Assembly (NCBI GenBank): GCA_965655095.1
Contig: OZ296648.1
Location: forward strand, 178,994,001-179,058,000
Source of the DNA: Haplodiscus bocki
Lineage: Eukaryota
Length of the DNA: 64,000 bases
Reading direction: 5' to 3'
The notes below the pieces were generated by a model, which saw only the letters and a list, made by a program, of their open reading frames with translations, had not been told where the DNA came from and did not search any database. Positions 52,523 through 64,000 of the stretch are shown here, piece by piece. The stretch's first letter is position 1. Each line of letters starts with the position of its first letter. A program made the translations under genes and the position numbers.

Positions 52523-55099
52523 CAAAGTTGGTCATCTTACTGGCAATTAATATCCGCATGTAGAGCTCCAAGTTGTCTAAACTTTGCAGAGGCTAAACGA
52601 AGAAAAAACTCGCTGTTATATGCTACACTACGTTCAGATGCATTCGAACAGTTTCCTGACAGTTTTGTCTGCAAAAGAATCCTGAAAGTTGAAGTACTTC
52701 TGGCCAAATTGATCATTTATATCTACATGTAGCAAACGAAGTTGCCTCAGTTTTGCACAAGCTGAACAAAGAGATTTTTCTCTAGATCACACTAAAAATT
52801 CGTTCAGTCAGACAGATTTCTCCTGTGCACAAAAGTTCAAAAAATCGGACCATATCGCTTACTTTCACAATCCTTTCCTGTTTGTATTTACTTTTTCCCG
52901 AATATTGCTCTCGTAACTTCCTGACTTTCGCAAGATCTCAACGAGTATACATTCATCTATCACACACTTTTTCTTTATTCTCCAACTGCTTTCCAAATTT
53001 TGTTTGCCATAGACGCTTGAAAAACCAGCTATACTGACATTTTCCACAGGATTGGTTTTTTTAACGCCTTTTTTTCAGCATTTGGGGCTCTGCTTTTGCC
53101 CAAAGTTTCCTTAGGGGTAAAATAGAGCACGCTTTTCCCCAAATTAAAAGGTGATCCAGCTGCGGCGCGTTTTTGGTAATTTAAACGGGAAAGCTTCAAT
53201 TTTTCTGCTGGTTTTGTCAATTTGACACATTTTTTTCCCTCTTTCTATGTTGTTTTTCGACGCAGGGCATGAAGTTGCCTGAAGATTGAAGAGACTGAAC
53301 GAAGAGACGCAATTCCATCACACACCTGTTTCTTTCAATCCGAGAACGCTTTGCTATATTTCTTCCCCATAGATTCGTGACAACTGAGTCGCAATTGGCC
53401 AACTTGATCAAAGTTGTTGTTTTGCTGGTAGTTTCTCGAAAAATGAGGGCTCTAGACTACCTGAATTTGGCACAAATTTAACAAAGTACTTCAGTTCCCT
53501 GCTCTTCTGACTTTTATTTGTGGTACGACGGTTTCTCTAGTGCATGCTTCCAACAGAGTCTTGCAAACCGAGTCCGTTTTCGCCGGTTCGACCAAAGTTG
53601 CCATAACTTAAGTCATTTTATTCTGCATATAGGGTTCCAGACTGCCTGACTTTTGATTAGGCACAAACTTAAAAACCTTCTGAGGACCAACTCAGTTTTC
53701 GGATAGGTACCTCAGACGCAAGCTAAATTCGGCCAGTTTGACTAAGTTTGTCATTTTACTGGTCGTTTACATCCGAATGTAGAACTCCCAGTTGCCTGAT
53801 TTTTGCAGACGCTGAACAAAAAAAGTAGCTCTGTTAACTCCTAGAGTGGATTTATATGCAGTGAAACAATTTTTTGACAGTTTTATCTGCAATAGAATCC
53901 TGAAAGTTGGAGGAACTTTGGCCTAATTGATCAACGTTTCCTCAAAAGAATTCGTTTTTGTCTACACGTATCTATCGACATTGCCTGCGTTTCGCACAGG
54001 CTGAACAAAGAGACTCTTCTCTAGATTACTACGAAGATTGGTCCAGTTCAACAGAATTCTTCTTTTTGCAGTGAAATTTCAAAAACCGGAGCACTTTGGT
54101 CGCTTTCACAATTTTTTACAGTTAATATACACTTTTGTCGCGAGTGTTGTACTCGCAACTGCCTGACTTTTACACAAACTTAAAGAAAACACCATTTTAA
54201 AACACAATTTTGCTTTATTCCCCCACAGTTTTTCAAACTTTGTTTAACATAGAGACTTGAAATTTGCTCAACACAGAGACTCTTCTCATCATCACACCAA
54301 AAGTTGAGTCAGTTCGACAGATTTCACTTTTGCAGGAAAGTTTAGAAAAACGGACAGCTTCGCTCACTTGAACAATCTTCTCCTGTTTCTAAATACTTTT
54401 CCCCCTAGTATTGCACTCGTAACTGCCTGAATTCTGCACAATCTTTCTGAAAAGGCACTGATCTATCACACACTTGTTTTCACTCTAAGACTGTTTTTCA
54501 ATTTTTGTTTGCCAAAAAAACTTGGAAACCAAACAAAACTTGTCTTCTTTGACAAGGCTCTTATTCTAACGCCTTTCTTTCTGCATGTGGGGCTCTGGTT
54601 CACCCTAAGGCGTAACGCTGAGCACCTTTTTCCACAGATTAAGCATTGAATGAGGTCCGGTGTGTCTTTGATTGTTTTTCTGCAAAAAAAACCTAAAAAT
54701 TCGAAAATTTTCGTCATTTTGACACAAAACAGGACTCTTTATCTGTTGCTTTTCATGCGGGGTTTAAGCTTGCCTGAAGTTTGCACAGGCTATACGAAGA
54801 GATTTAATTCTATCAAACTTTTCTCTTGGTTCAATCCGACAACGCTTCGATATGTTTTTTCCCCGATAGGTTCTTGAAAACTGAGCCGCAATAGGCCAAC
54901 TTGATCATAGTTCCTTTTCGCTGGTTGTTTCTCGAAGAAATAGGGCTCTAGACTACCTGACTTTCCCACAAACCCAACAAACGTTTGTGTTCTGTGATCT
55001 GCTAACTATAAGTTCTCGTACGACGGATTTTCTATTGCATGTTTTTGAGAGAGTCTTGAAAACCAAGTGTCTTCTGGTCAATAACATAGGTCCTTTTCT

Positions 55100-57600
55100 C
55101 CCAGACTGCCTGATCTTTGGTTAGTCCTAAACTTCAAAAGCTTTTTTACTTTACATTCAAGTTCAGTATCAGTCCAACGTTTTTTCGATAGCTCTGTTAC
55201 CGATAAATACCTAGAAGGCTTGCTCATTTTGGCCACTTTGACTAAATTTGTCAATTTACAAGTCGTTTTTTCTCCAAAAAGGGCTCTAAGTTGCTTGAAT
55301 TTTCTAAAAAGTGAACACAAAAAGAAAAGACTCTGTTCTACCATGTACTATGTGTAGTTGCAGTTCGAACAATTTTTCTGAAGTTTCTGTCTGAAAGAGA
55401 ATACTGAAAGCCGAAACAATTCTGGCCAAATTATTCAAATTTACATCTTTCTAGTCCCCATGCAGTCATCCAAACTTCCTGTTTTTCACATATGCTGATG
55501 AAAGAGGCTTTTTTCTAGAACACAGCAAAGTTCGACTCAGTCCCACTGCTTTCACTTCCTCCGCAGAATAATTTTAAAAAATGGACCATTTTGATTACTT
55601 TCTCAAATTTTTCCTGTTTAGATAAACCTTTCTCCCGAGTGTTGCATTTGTGACTGCCTAAATTTTGCAAAAGCTTAAAGATCAGGCATTGTTTCATCAC
55701 ACACTTTCTCATTGTTCTCTTACAGTTTTTTTAAATCTTTGTCGTTTATAGAAAAGTGAATCCTAAGATAAATTGACTCCTTCGACGAGATTTGTTTCTT
55801 ATGACGATTTTAATTCTGCATGTGGGGCTCTGTTTCTTTCCCTGGAACTTTCACAAGCGTGACGCTGGGCACTTTTTTTTCAAATTATCAAATCTTCCAG
55901 GTCCATCGTGTTTTTGTTGACTTTTCTGTGAAAAAACTTCAATTGTTGCTCTTTTTTTCATCTTAACATGAAATTGGCCCCAATATATCTATTTTTATCA
56001 TGCATCGCTTCAATTTCCTTGACAATTTCACAGGCTGAACGAATAGACTCAAGTCTATCAAACACTACTCTTTGATTCAAGTGGACAATTCTTCGACTCT
56101 TTTTTTCGCTGTAGATTCTTGAAAACTGAGCTACAAATGGCCACTTTGACCAATGTAGATATTTTGTTTGTAGTTTTTTGCACAAGTAGGGCTCTGAATT
56201 ACCTGAATTCTGCATATATTCCACAAAAAGTTTCTGTTCTGTGCTTTGCTAACTATTGGTTGCGGTACGACAGTTTTTCTATTGAAGGTTTGCGACACAG
56301 TCTTGGAAATCGGGTCTCTTTTGTCCATATTGATCCAATTTGCTATGACTTAGATCCTTTTTACTTGGATCCTATTTTTCCACGTTGTTGGTTCTAGACT
56401 GCCTGATTTTTGATTAAATTTAAACTTCAAGAGCTTTTCTAATTCACATTCAGCTTTAGTATCGGTCCAACGCTTTTTCGATAGCTCTGTTTCTGATAGA
56501 AACCTAGAAAGCGCGCTCATTTTGGACAGTTTGACTAAATTTGTCAATTTACAAGTCGTTTTTCTCCCAAAAAGGGCTCTAAGTTGCCTGAATTTTCTAG
56601 AAAGTGGACAAAAAAAGAAAAAAATCTGTTCTAGCATGCACTATGTTTAGTTGCAGTTCGAAAACTTTTTCTCAAGTTTCTGTCTAAGAGAGAATCCTGA
56701 AAACCCAAATACTTCTAGCCAAATTATTCAAATTTACATCATTCTGGTCCCCATGTAGTCATTCAAACTACCTGATTTTCACATATGCTGATGAAAGAGG
56801 CTTTTTTCTAGAAAACAGCAAAGTTCGACTCAGTCCCACTGCTTTCACTTCCTCCGCAGAAGAATTTTAAAAATTCGACCATTTTGGTTAATTTCTCAAA
56901 ATTTTCCCGTTTAGATAAACCTTTCTCCGGAGTGTTGCACTTGTAACTGCCTAAATTTCGCCCAATTTTAAGGAATAGGCATTGTTTTATTACACACTTT
57001 CCCACATTTCTCCTACAGTTTTTTCAAAATTTTGTTTGTTATAGAAAATTGAAACCAAAGCTAAAATTGACTCTTTCGACGATATTTGTTTCAAATAACG
57101 ACTTTAATTTTGCATGTGGGGCTCTGTTCTTTTCCCTGGAACTTTCACAAGCGGGACGCTGGGCACTTCTTTTCTCAAATTATCAAATGTTCCATGTCCA
57201 TTGTGTTTTTGTTGATTTTTCTATAAAAAAAATTCAATTGTTGCTCTTTTTTTCATCTTAACACGAAATTGGCCCCAATATATCTATTTTTATCATGCAT
57301 CGCTTCATTTTCCTTGACAATTTCACAGGTTGAACGAATAGACTCAAGTCTATCAAACACTACTTTTTGGTTCAGTGCGACAAATCTTCGACATTTTCGT
57401 TCGCTATAGGTTCTTCACAACTGAGCCACAAATGGCAATTTTGATCCATGTTGATTTTTCGTTTGTAGTTTTTTGCACAAGTAGCGCTCCAGGCTACTTG
57501 AATTCTGCACAAGTTCCAAAAAGCGTTTCTGCTCTGTGCTTTGCTAACTTTTAGTTCTGGTAGGACGGCTTTTCTAGTGCATGTTGGCGACTGAGTCTTG
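55100..57600 (+). repeat. Tandem pair of closely related units at a 7-monomer offset (~1293 bp)
   Basis: CAGCAAAGTTCGACTCAGTCCCACTGCTTTCACTTCCTCCGCAGAA occurs at ~55523 and ~56816. Paired ORFs at 55515 and 56808 have the same offset. Confidence 0.85.
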
Positions 57601-59299
57601 AAAACGGAGTCAAGGTTTTCCCGATTTGCCACAGTTTCTCTTTTGTAGGTCGTTTTCTCCTCCACATAAGGAGCTCCAAGTTACTTGATTTCTGCAAAAG
57701 TTAAGCCAAGAGCCCTTCTTGTCTGACATTTAATTTTGCTTGCTGTCAGACACTTCTTCGACAGGTTTTATTGGATATAATTTGGGAAATTGAGCCTTTT
57801 TGCGGACATTTTGAGCGTAGCTGTCATAACATAGGTCTTTCAAGGCGCATATAGGATTCCAGACTGCCTGAATTTCAATTAAGCACCAAATTCAGAGCTT
57901 TTATACGCCACAATCACTTCAGTCGACGCTCAACACTACTTCGATAGCTCTATTTCCGATAGAAATTTGAAAATTAAGCTAAATTAAGCCATATTGACTA
58001 ACTTTGTCTTTTTACAAGGATGCCTATATCAGCATATAGAGATCCAGTTGCTTAAGTTTTGCAGAGGTTGAACGAAGAAAGAAGAGACTTTGTTTTAACA
58101 TTCACAGATTCAGTCGAACATTTCTACGACGGCTTTGTCCAAAATAGAATCCTGAAAGCCGAACCACTATTAGCCAAATTTGTCAAAGTTGCCTCGTTTT
58201 AGGCCATTTATATCCCCATGTAAACATCCAAACTGATTGAATTTCACACAGGCTGAACGAAGAAAATTATTTTCCTGATCAATCTAAATTGCTGTTCAGT
58301 TCGATTGATTTCTTGCCTTTGCAAAAAAGCTTTGAAAACCGGTTAGTTCCTGGTCACTTTCACTAATTCTTCTTTCCTAAAAACTTTCCTACCGAGTGTG
58401 GCACTCTCAGTTGCCTGACTTCCGCAAAAGGTCAAACAACACTCATAGTTCTTTCACCCACTTTTTGGCTGCTGCTCGACAGTTTTTTTGCAACTTTGTT
58501 CGCGATAGAAACTTGATAACCAAGCTGAACCTGGCCCTCTTGACAAAATTGGGTTCTTATGGTGCCCTTTTTTTGCACGCGGAGCTCTGATTTTTGCCTG
58601 AAGTTTGCACAAGCGTAACAGTGAGATCTTTTCTTTCGGAAAATAAACAATGAGCTTGGTCCGGCGCTTTTTTGGTAGTTTTTTTGCGTTTAAGTTTTTT
58701 TCTCCTCAAGTAAGGCTTATGATAGGGTGTTTGAATTTTGCACACCTCTATTAGAAAGACCATTCGGGGAAAGAAAGGCCAGTTTGACAAAACGTCTCAC
58801 TTTCAGGTTGTTTTCAAATGCATGAAAGGCTGTATTATGCCTGTTTTTCGCAGAGGCTCAATAGAGAGTTTCTTTTCTCCCACACTAAAGTTTGTTTCTT
58901 ATCCGACGTTTTTTTTGGTGTTTTTGATGTAGAATTAACAATAAAATTGAATTTTTCTGACCAATTCTACCAGAAATCTCATAACATTTATCGTCCAATA
59001 CTTTTTCAACAGGTTTGTTTTTGATAAGAGCTTTAAAACCGAGCCTGTTTTTGGCCAATTTAACAAAGTTGTCATAACATGGGTGCTTTTTTCCCACATA
59101 GGGTTCCAAGCTGCCTGGATTTTGATAAGTCTTAAACCAGACACTTCATATGCTGCAATCAAACTTAGTATCGGTCCATAACTTTCTCGATAATTCTGCT
59201 TCAGATAAAAATTTGAAAAGCGAGCTAAATTTTGTCAGTTTTCATGTAACAGGTCGTTTTTGTCCGGATGAAGCTCTCCAAGTTTCTCGAAGTTTACAC

Positions 59300-62200
59300 A
59301 GGCTGAACGGAGGAAATCCCTTCCTTAGCTTGTTCTTTTTGTAGGCGTCCTGACACTTTTTCGAGATTTTTGTTTGTGACAGAGTCTTTTATAGCTAAAT
59401 CGAGCCTTTTTTGGCCAAATGCCCCAAAAATTTCATAACACTGATCGTTTGGTTCATCATCTGGGGCTGAAAAAAAAACAAAACTCTTCACAGGATCGTT
59501 GATAGCGCATTTCATCACACACTAAACTGTAAAATTAATAAAGGGCTTTTCTGCTGTTTTTACTGCAAATTTCGAATTGAATTTGTGACTGGGGTTATAC
59601 CTTTTCTCAAAATTCATTTGTTTCTCTCCATGTAGTGCTCCAACTGGCCCAAACTTTTCACGGACAGAGCAAAAAGTTTAAGTTTTGCGATACTGATTCT
59701 TTAGGTGCAGTACAATAAGTCTTCGCTTGCGTGGTCTGCTTGCTTAATGCTTTAATGGTCTGCTTGCGATACAATTCAGGAAACCGAAAGCTATTTTTTG
59801 CTACTTTGAGGAAAGTTTCCATTTTGTAGGTAGTTTTTGTGAGCATTTATTTTTCTAATCTGCTTGAGTTTCAGATAGGCTCCTTAAAAAGACTCTTTCT
59901 ACCAACACAACTATCTTTCCATTTTGTTCCCATTTCTCTTTGAGGTTTTTTGTGCGAAAAAAATTTGAGAACGCAGATACTTTGGGCCAATTTTGCAAGA
60001 ATGATCAATACATAGGTCGTTCAATATCGCATATAGGGCTCTTGCCGCGCATAGGGCGCAAGTTGAACAAAGAGATTCTTTTCTAGCTCCTACCAAGACT
60101 CGGTTCAGTCCGACAGATTCCTTTTTTTGCAAAAAATTTCAAAAACCGGGCCACTTTTGTTCACCTGCTTAAAATTTGCCTTTCTATGAAAACTTTTTTT
60201 TTCAAGTGTAGCACTCGCAACTGCCTTCTGAAAAAATTGGCTATTAATACTCTCTTTCTTTCTGCATGTGATGCTCTGATTTTTGCCGAATTGTTGCACA
60301 AGCTTAACATTAAGCACCTTTTTTTCAGAAACTTAACATTGATCGTGGTCTTGCTCGTTTGTGGTAGTTTATCAGCGAGAAGACAAATAATATTTCCTAA
60401 CTTTAGTAAGTTTGACAGAAAGATTGTCGCTTCGCATGTTTTGTAATCATGCAGGCTGTACACTTGCGTGACGGTTGCACAAGCTGAACGAAGAGAATCA
60501 ATTCTATCACACATCGGTTTTTTTGGTTAAGTTCGACAATTCTTCGATATATTTATTAGCGATGGATTCTTGCAAACGGAGCCACAAACATCTACCACTT
60601 AAATGTTCTCTTTTGCACGTTTAAGGCTCCAAAGCGCCTCAGCTTCGCACGAGCTCAACAAAGAGTTTTTTTCTGAAATTTTCACACAGCCTGAACAAAC
60701 ACACTGCTCTATCACACAATTTTTTTCAGCTACGGTCCGACATTTTGCAAAGGTTTGCTTGCGATAGAAACTGGACAATAAAGCCAAATTCGTCCAATTT
60801 GATCAAAGTTGCCATACTGCGGGTCCTTTGTTTCCTTACCTATCTCTCCGAATTGACAAAGTCTTCACAAGCTTAATCTTGAGTGCTTCTCTACTTGATT
60901 ACTAACTTTGGTTATGTATTGACATTTTCTGGATGTTTCTTTGGCAAAAGAAAACGAAAACTCGAGCCATTGTTGTCAAAATGAATAAAAAATTTAAAGT
61001 ATTGTAGCATTTTACTTCATCATGGGAGGCTCCAAATTGTCAATTCTTTCAACAAATTCCCGAAAAATTTTTTTTTCGCCGCTCAAGGTGATTTGGTTGC
61101 AGTCATATAGCTATCAATGGTCTCGATTGCGATAGAATCTTGAAAAAAGATCCACTTTCGTCCAAGATGAATAAAGTTGCAGTAATAGAAGTCCTGATTT
61201 TTCTGCTTGCCATGCTCCAGATTGCCAGATGTTTGCACATTGTAACGACCAATTTCTGTTCTATCACATACTGATTGTTGGTTGCAGTCCGACTTTTCAA
61301 ACAAAGTTTTTATATAGGACAGAATATCGAAAACAGAATTAAAGGATTAAAAATGTTCTGGATGTATAAGGGATGTTTGTAAGTGCATGTGGGGCTGCGA
61401 TATGCCTTGATTTTGCACGAATTGTACAAAATCATAATCCTGAACTACACACTAGAATTTGGTTGCGATTCGGTGATTTGTACATAGCTCTTTTTGCAAC
61501 AAAACTAGGCAAACAAAATAAGTTTTGGTCAATTTTAACAAACTTCTTCTTATAAAGGTTGTTTATATCTGCATGTAACGCTGCATCCGACTAGCCTAAG
61601 TTTTACACAGGCCAGGCGAGCGGATTTTGCTCTTTCACAAACTAAAATTCTGTTGAGTCGAACAATTTTTCGAAAGTGTCGTTTCCGATTAAATCTTGCA
61701 AATGGAGACACATTTGGTCACTGTGATAAAAATCATTGAGCTGTAGGTCCCTTTTCCTCCATGTAAGGCTCCACACTGGCCGAACTTTGGGTTTTTTTAT
61801 GGGAGCTTTTTTGTCACTCAGTAAACTTTGGGTGTGATATGACAGTTTCTGATGTTTTTCTTGCAAAAAAAATTTGGAAACCGAGCCAGTTTTGGTCCGA
61901 AATTTTTTCATATCATTGAATGCTCCTTTTCTAATATTGAGTTCCAAGTATCCGAAGTTTACACAGGCGTGACGAAGCGACTCTCTTCTGTTACATACCG
62001 AAATTTGTTTAGTTTTGACACCTTTTGGATAGTTCTTCTGTGCCAAAAGCACTTGAAAGTCGAGCTTGTTCTGGTCAGTTTGAACAAATATCATTTTTAA
62101 TGGTCATCTTTTTCCACATGGAGGGCTCCAACTGGTGTGGTTTTAACACAAGTTTAACGAAGAAACTCTTTTCCTGTCGACACCAAAATTCAGTTCAGTC

Positions 62201-64000
62201 CGACAGATTTTCCCTTTCTTTTGGGAAAAAAATTCAAAAACCAAACCACTTTCAACCAAACCACACAAGCTTAAAAAACAAATGCTGTTCTGTCACGCAA
62301 GGTTTTTTCACTGCTGTCCGACACCATTAAAATTCAGGTAGGTTTGTTGCTTTAGAAACGGGAGTCGCCTTTTTATAGGTTTTTTACCATTGCGTGCTCC
62401 AAGATCCCCAAGAAAGTCACAAGCTCAACAAGGAAACTCTGTTTTTGCATGTACTTGACACATTTTTGGTTGCTGTTCTACACTTTTTCGACTATATTTT
62501 TTGCGATAGAATCTTGAAAACCAGGCAACTTTGTGGTACTTAGACAAAAACTCTCAAAAATAATTTTTTCGCCGCGTTTAGGGCTCCGAATTGACCGATG
62601 CTTTCACAGTGATAATGATGAGGGCTTTTCTATCACTCAAAAACATTTAATTATGATCTAAGTTTCTTTGATGTTCTTTTTTGTGAAAGATACTTCGGAA
62701 TCGAGCAAAAAATTGTCAACTTAGACAGGAATTCGTCCTTAAATTAGGATTTTTTGCCAGACGCTGGGCTCCAAATATTCTATTATCTTCACGGGTTTAA
62801 AAAAAGACTCTGGTTTTTAGCAAGAAAGTTTTCTTGATTTCGGACCCAAAACCGTTCGATAGTTTTTTTCGCGATAGAGACTTGAAAAAAGTGTACCTTT
62901 GGCCAATTTAAACAACGTTTTCACAGTATAGGTCTTCTCTATTTGCCCAAAAAGGTCTGCATTTCACCTGCATTCAGGATAGACTGAACGAAGAAACTAT
63001 GTTGTATTAGACACTAGTTTTTGGTTGCTGTTCAATATTTTTTTTGCTTCATTTGTTCGCGATATCGAACCGCAAACCGATCGATCTCGATTCAAATAAA
63101 CCCTTCCTTTTTTGTTCATCTTGAGAAAAGTTGCCTTGACATAGGTTTTTTTCTGCATCTATGGCTTCAAACTGCCTCAAATTTGCACAGGTTATTCAAT
63201 TCTAGCAGAAACCAAATTTCAGGTCAGACTCACGGTTTTACGGTTGTTTTGTTTGCAATGGAAAATCAAAACCTAGATAGCTTAGGTCAATTCAGAAAAG
63301 CTTGTCTTTTCCCAATTCGTTTGTATATTCATGTAGCGCTCCAAAGATTATTAGTTTTTGCTCGGGTTGATTGTTGAGCGCTTCTATATTATGCAGTACA
63401 TGTTGATTGTGAGTGATCCGAGCTTCTATAGTTTTTTCTCGAAAAGAGTTTTGAGAATCGATCTAATTGTGTCAATTTGGACACGAAATTTATCAACGTA
63501 TGGTTACTTTTGCTCAAGCGGGTCTACAATGGGGCCAATATTTGCTTGAAGTAGAGAGAGTGTGATATCACGCTCTAAATTTTGATTCCGGTTCGACATC
63601 TTGTCGGTAGTTTGATTTCAGCAGAAACTTGAACATCCAGCCAGTTTTGCTCATATCAATCAAAATTATCACAATATAAGTCCTTGGTATCGCATATGAA
63701 GCTGCCAATTGCCCTAATTCTGCATAGGTTCAGTCTTGAACCCGAAGCGATGATCAACTTTAGAGCACTTTGGCCAAAAGTTTCATATTGCAGGTTTATT
63801 TTTCCGCAAAAACAGCTGCAAACTGCAAATTTTTTCCGGAGATTTCGGGAAGAAAAAAGTTTATATCACACGCCGCAATTTAGTTCAATTGGAAACTTTT
63901 TTGACAGTTTTGTTTGCGATAAAATCTTGGCCACCAAAATATTTTTGGCCCCTTCGAGCGATGTTGTATTGATAAAGTCCGTTGTTATCTACCTGTAGGG
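59300..64000 (+). repeat. Highly diverged monomeric satellite (oldest layer), continuing past the right edge
   Basis: Residual TGCGATAGAA(T/A)CT-like anchors occur at ~60760, 61129, 62503, 62871 and 63916, with GGGCTCC(A/G)A boxes. No clear HOR periodicity is visible by eye. Confidence 0.75.

Larger units (their letters stand above)
44400..59300 (+). repeat. Diverged HOR layer of the same monomer family (mixed 7-mer and 8-mer units with deletions and local duplications)
   Basis: A-type monomer anchors lie at ~45208, 46588, 47814, 48234, 49818, 51085, 52329, 52479, 53698, 55198, 56491, 57954 and 59200. The monomer order A-B-C-D-E-F-G(H) is still recognisable. Confidence 0.85.

Noticed and set aside
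44500-64000. ORFs up to 171 aa in the diverged satellite layers
   Set aside because: These are chance open frames in T-rich satellite, with F/L/K-biased composition and no conservation of frame between duplicated segments.

Overview
AT-rich eukaryotic (probably animal) genomic DNA, about 92% satellite. (1) 1-4350: two head-to-head copies of a non-coding, foldback/MITE-like element with CAC...GTG ends, GC-rich AACGCCGTTAACGCC sub-terminal blocks and an internal ~350-bp tandem repeat. (2) 4365-4970, minus strand: three frame-consistent spliced exons encoding the TM1-Cys-rich loop-TM2 region of a prominin-like protein. The elements in (1) would lie in its intron. (3) ~5300-64000: one family of ~180-bp satellite monomers arranged in layers reminiscent of an alpha-satellite centromere. 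A short diverged left layer (~5.3-8.0 kb) precedes a homogeneous core of 25 copies of a ~1457-bp 8-mer higher-order repeat (HOR; ~7.97-44.4 kb) with nested 1-, 2-, 4- and 6-unit duplications. An older 7/8-mer HOR layer (~44.4-59.3 kb) and a decayed monomeric layer (~59.3-64 kb) follow. Many monomers keep a TTCTATCRCA...TGCGATAGAA dyad. The ORFs listed inside the satellite are judged non-genic. All alignments and identities were judged by eye, and boundaries in diverged DNA are approximate.
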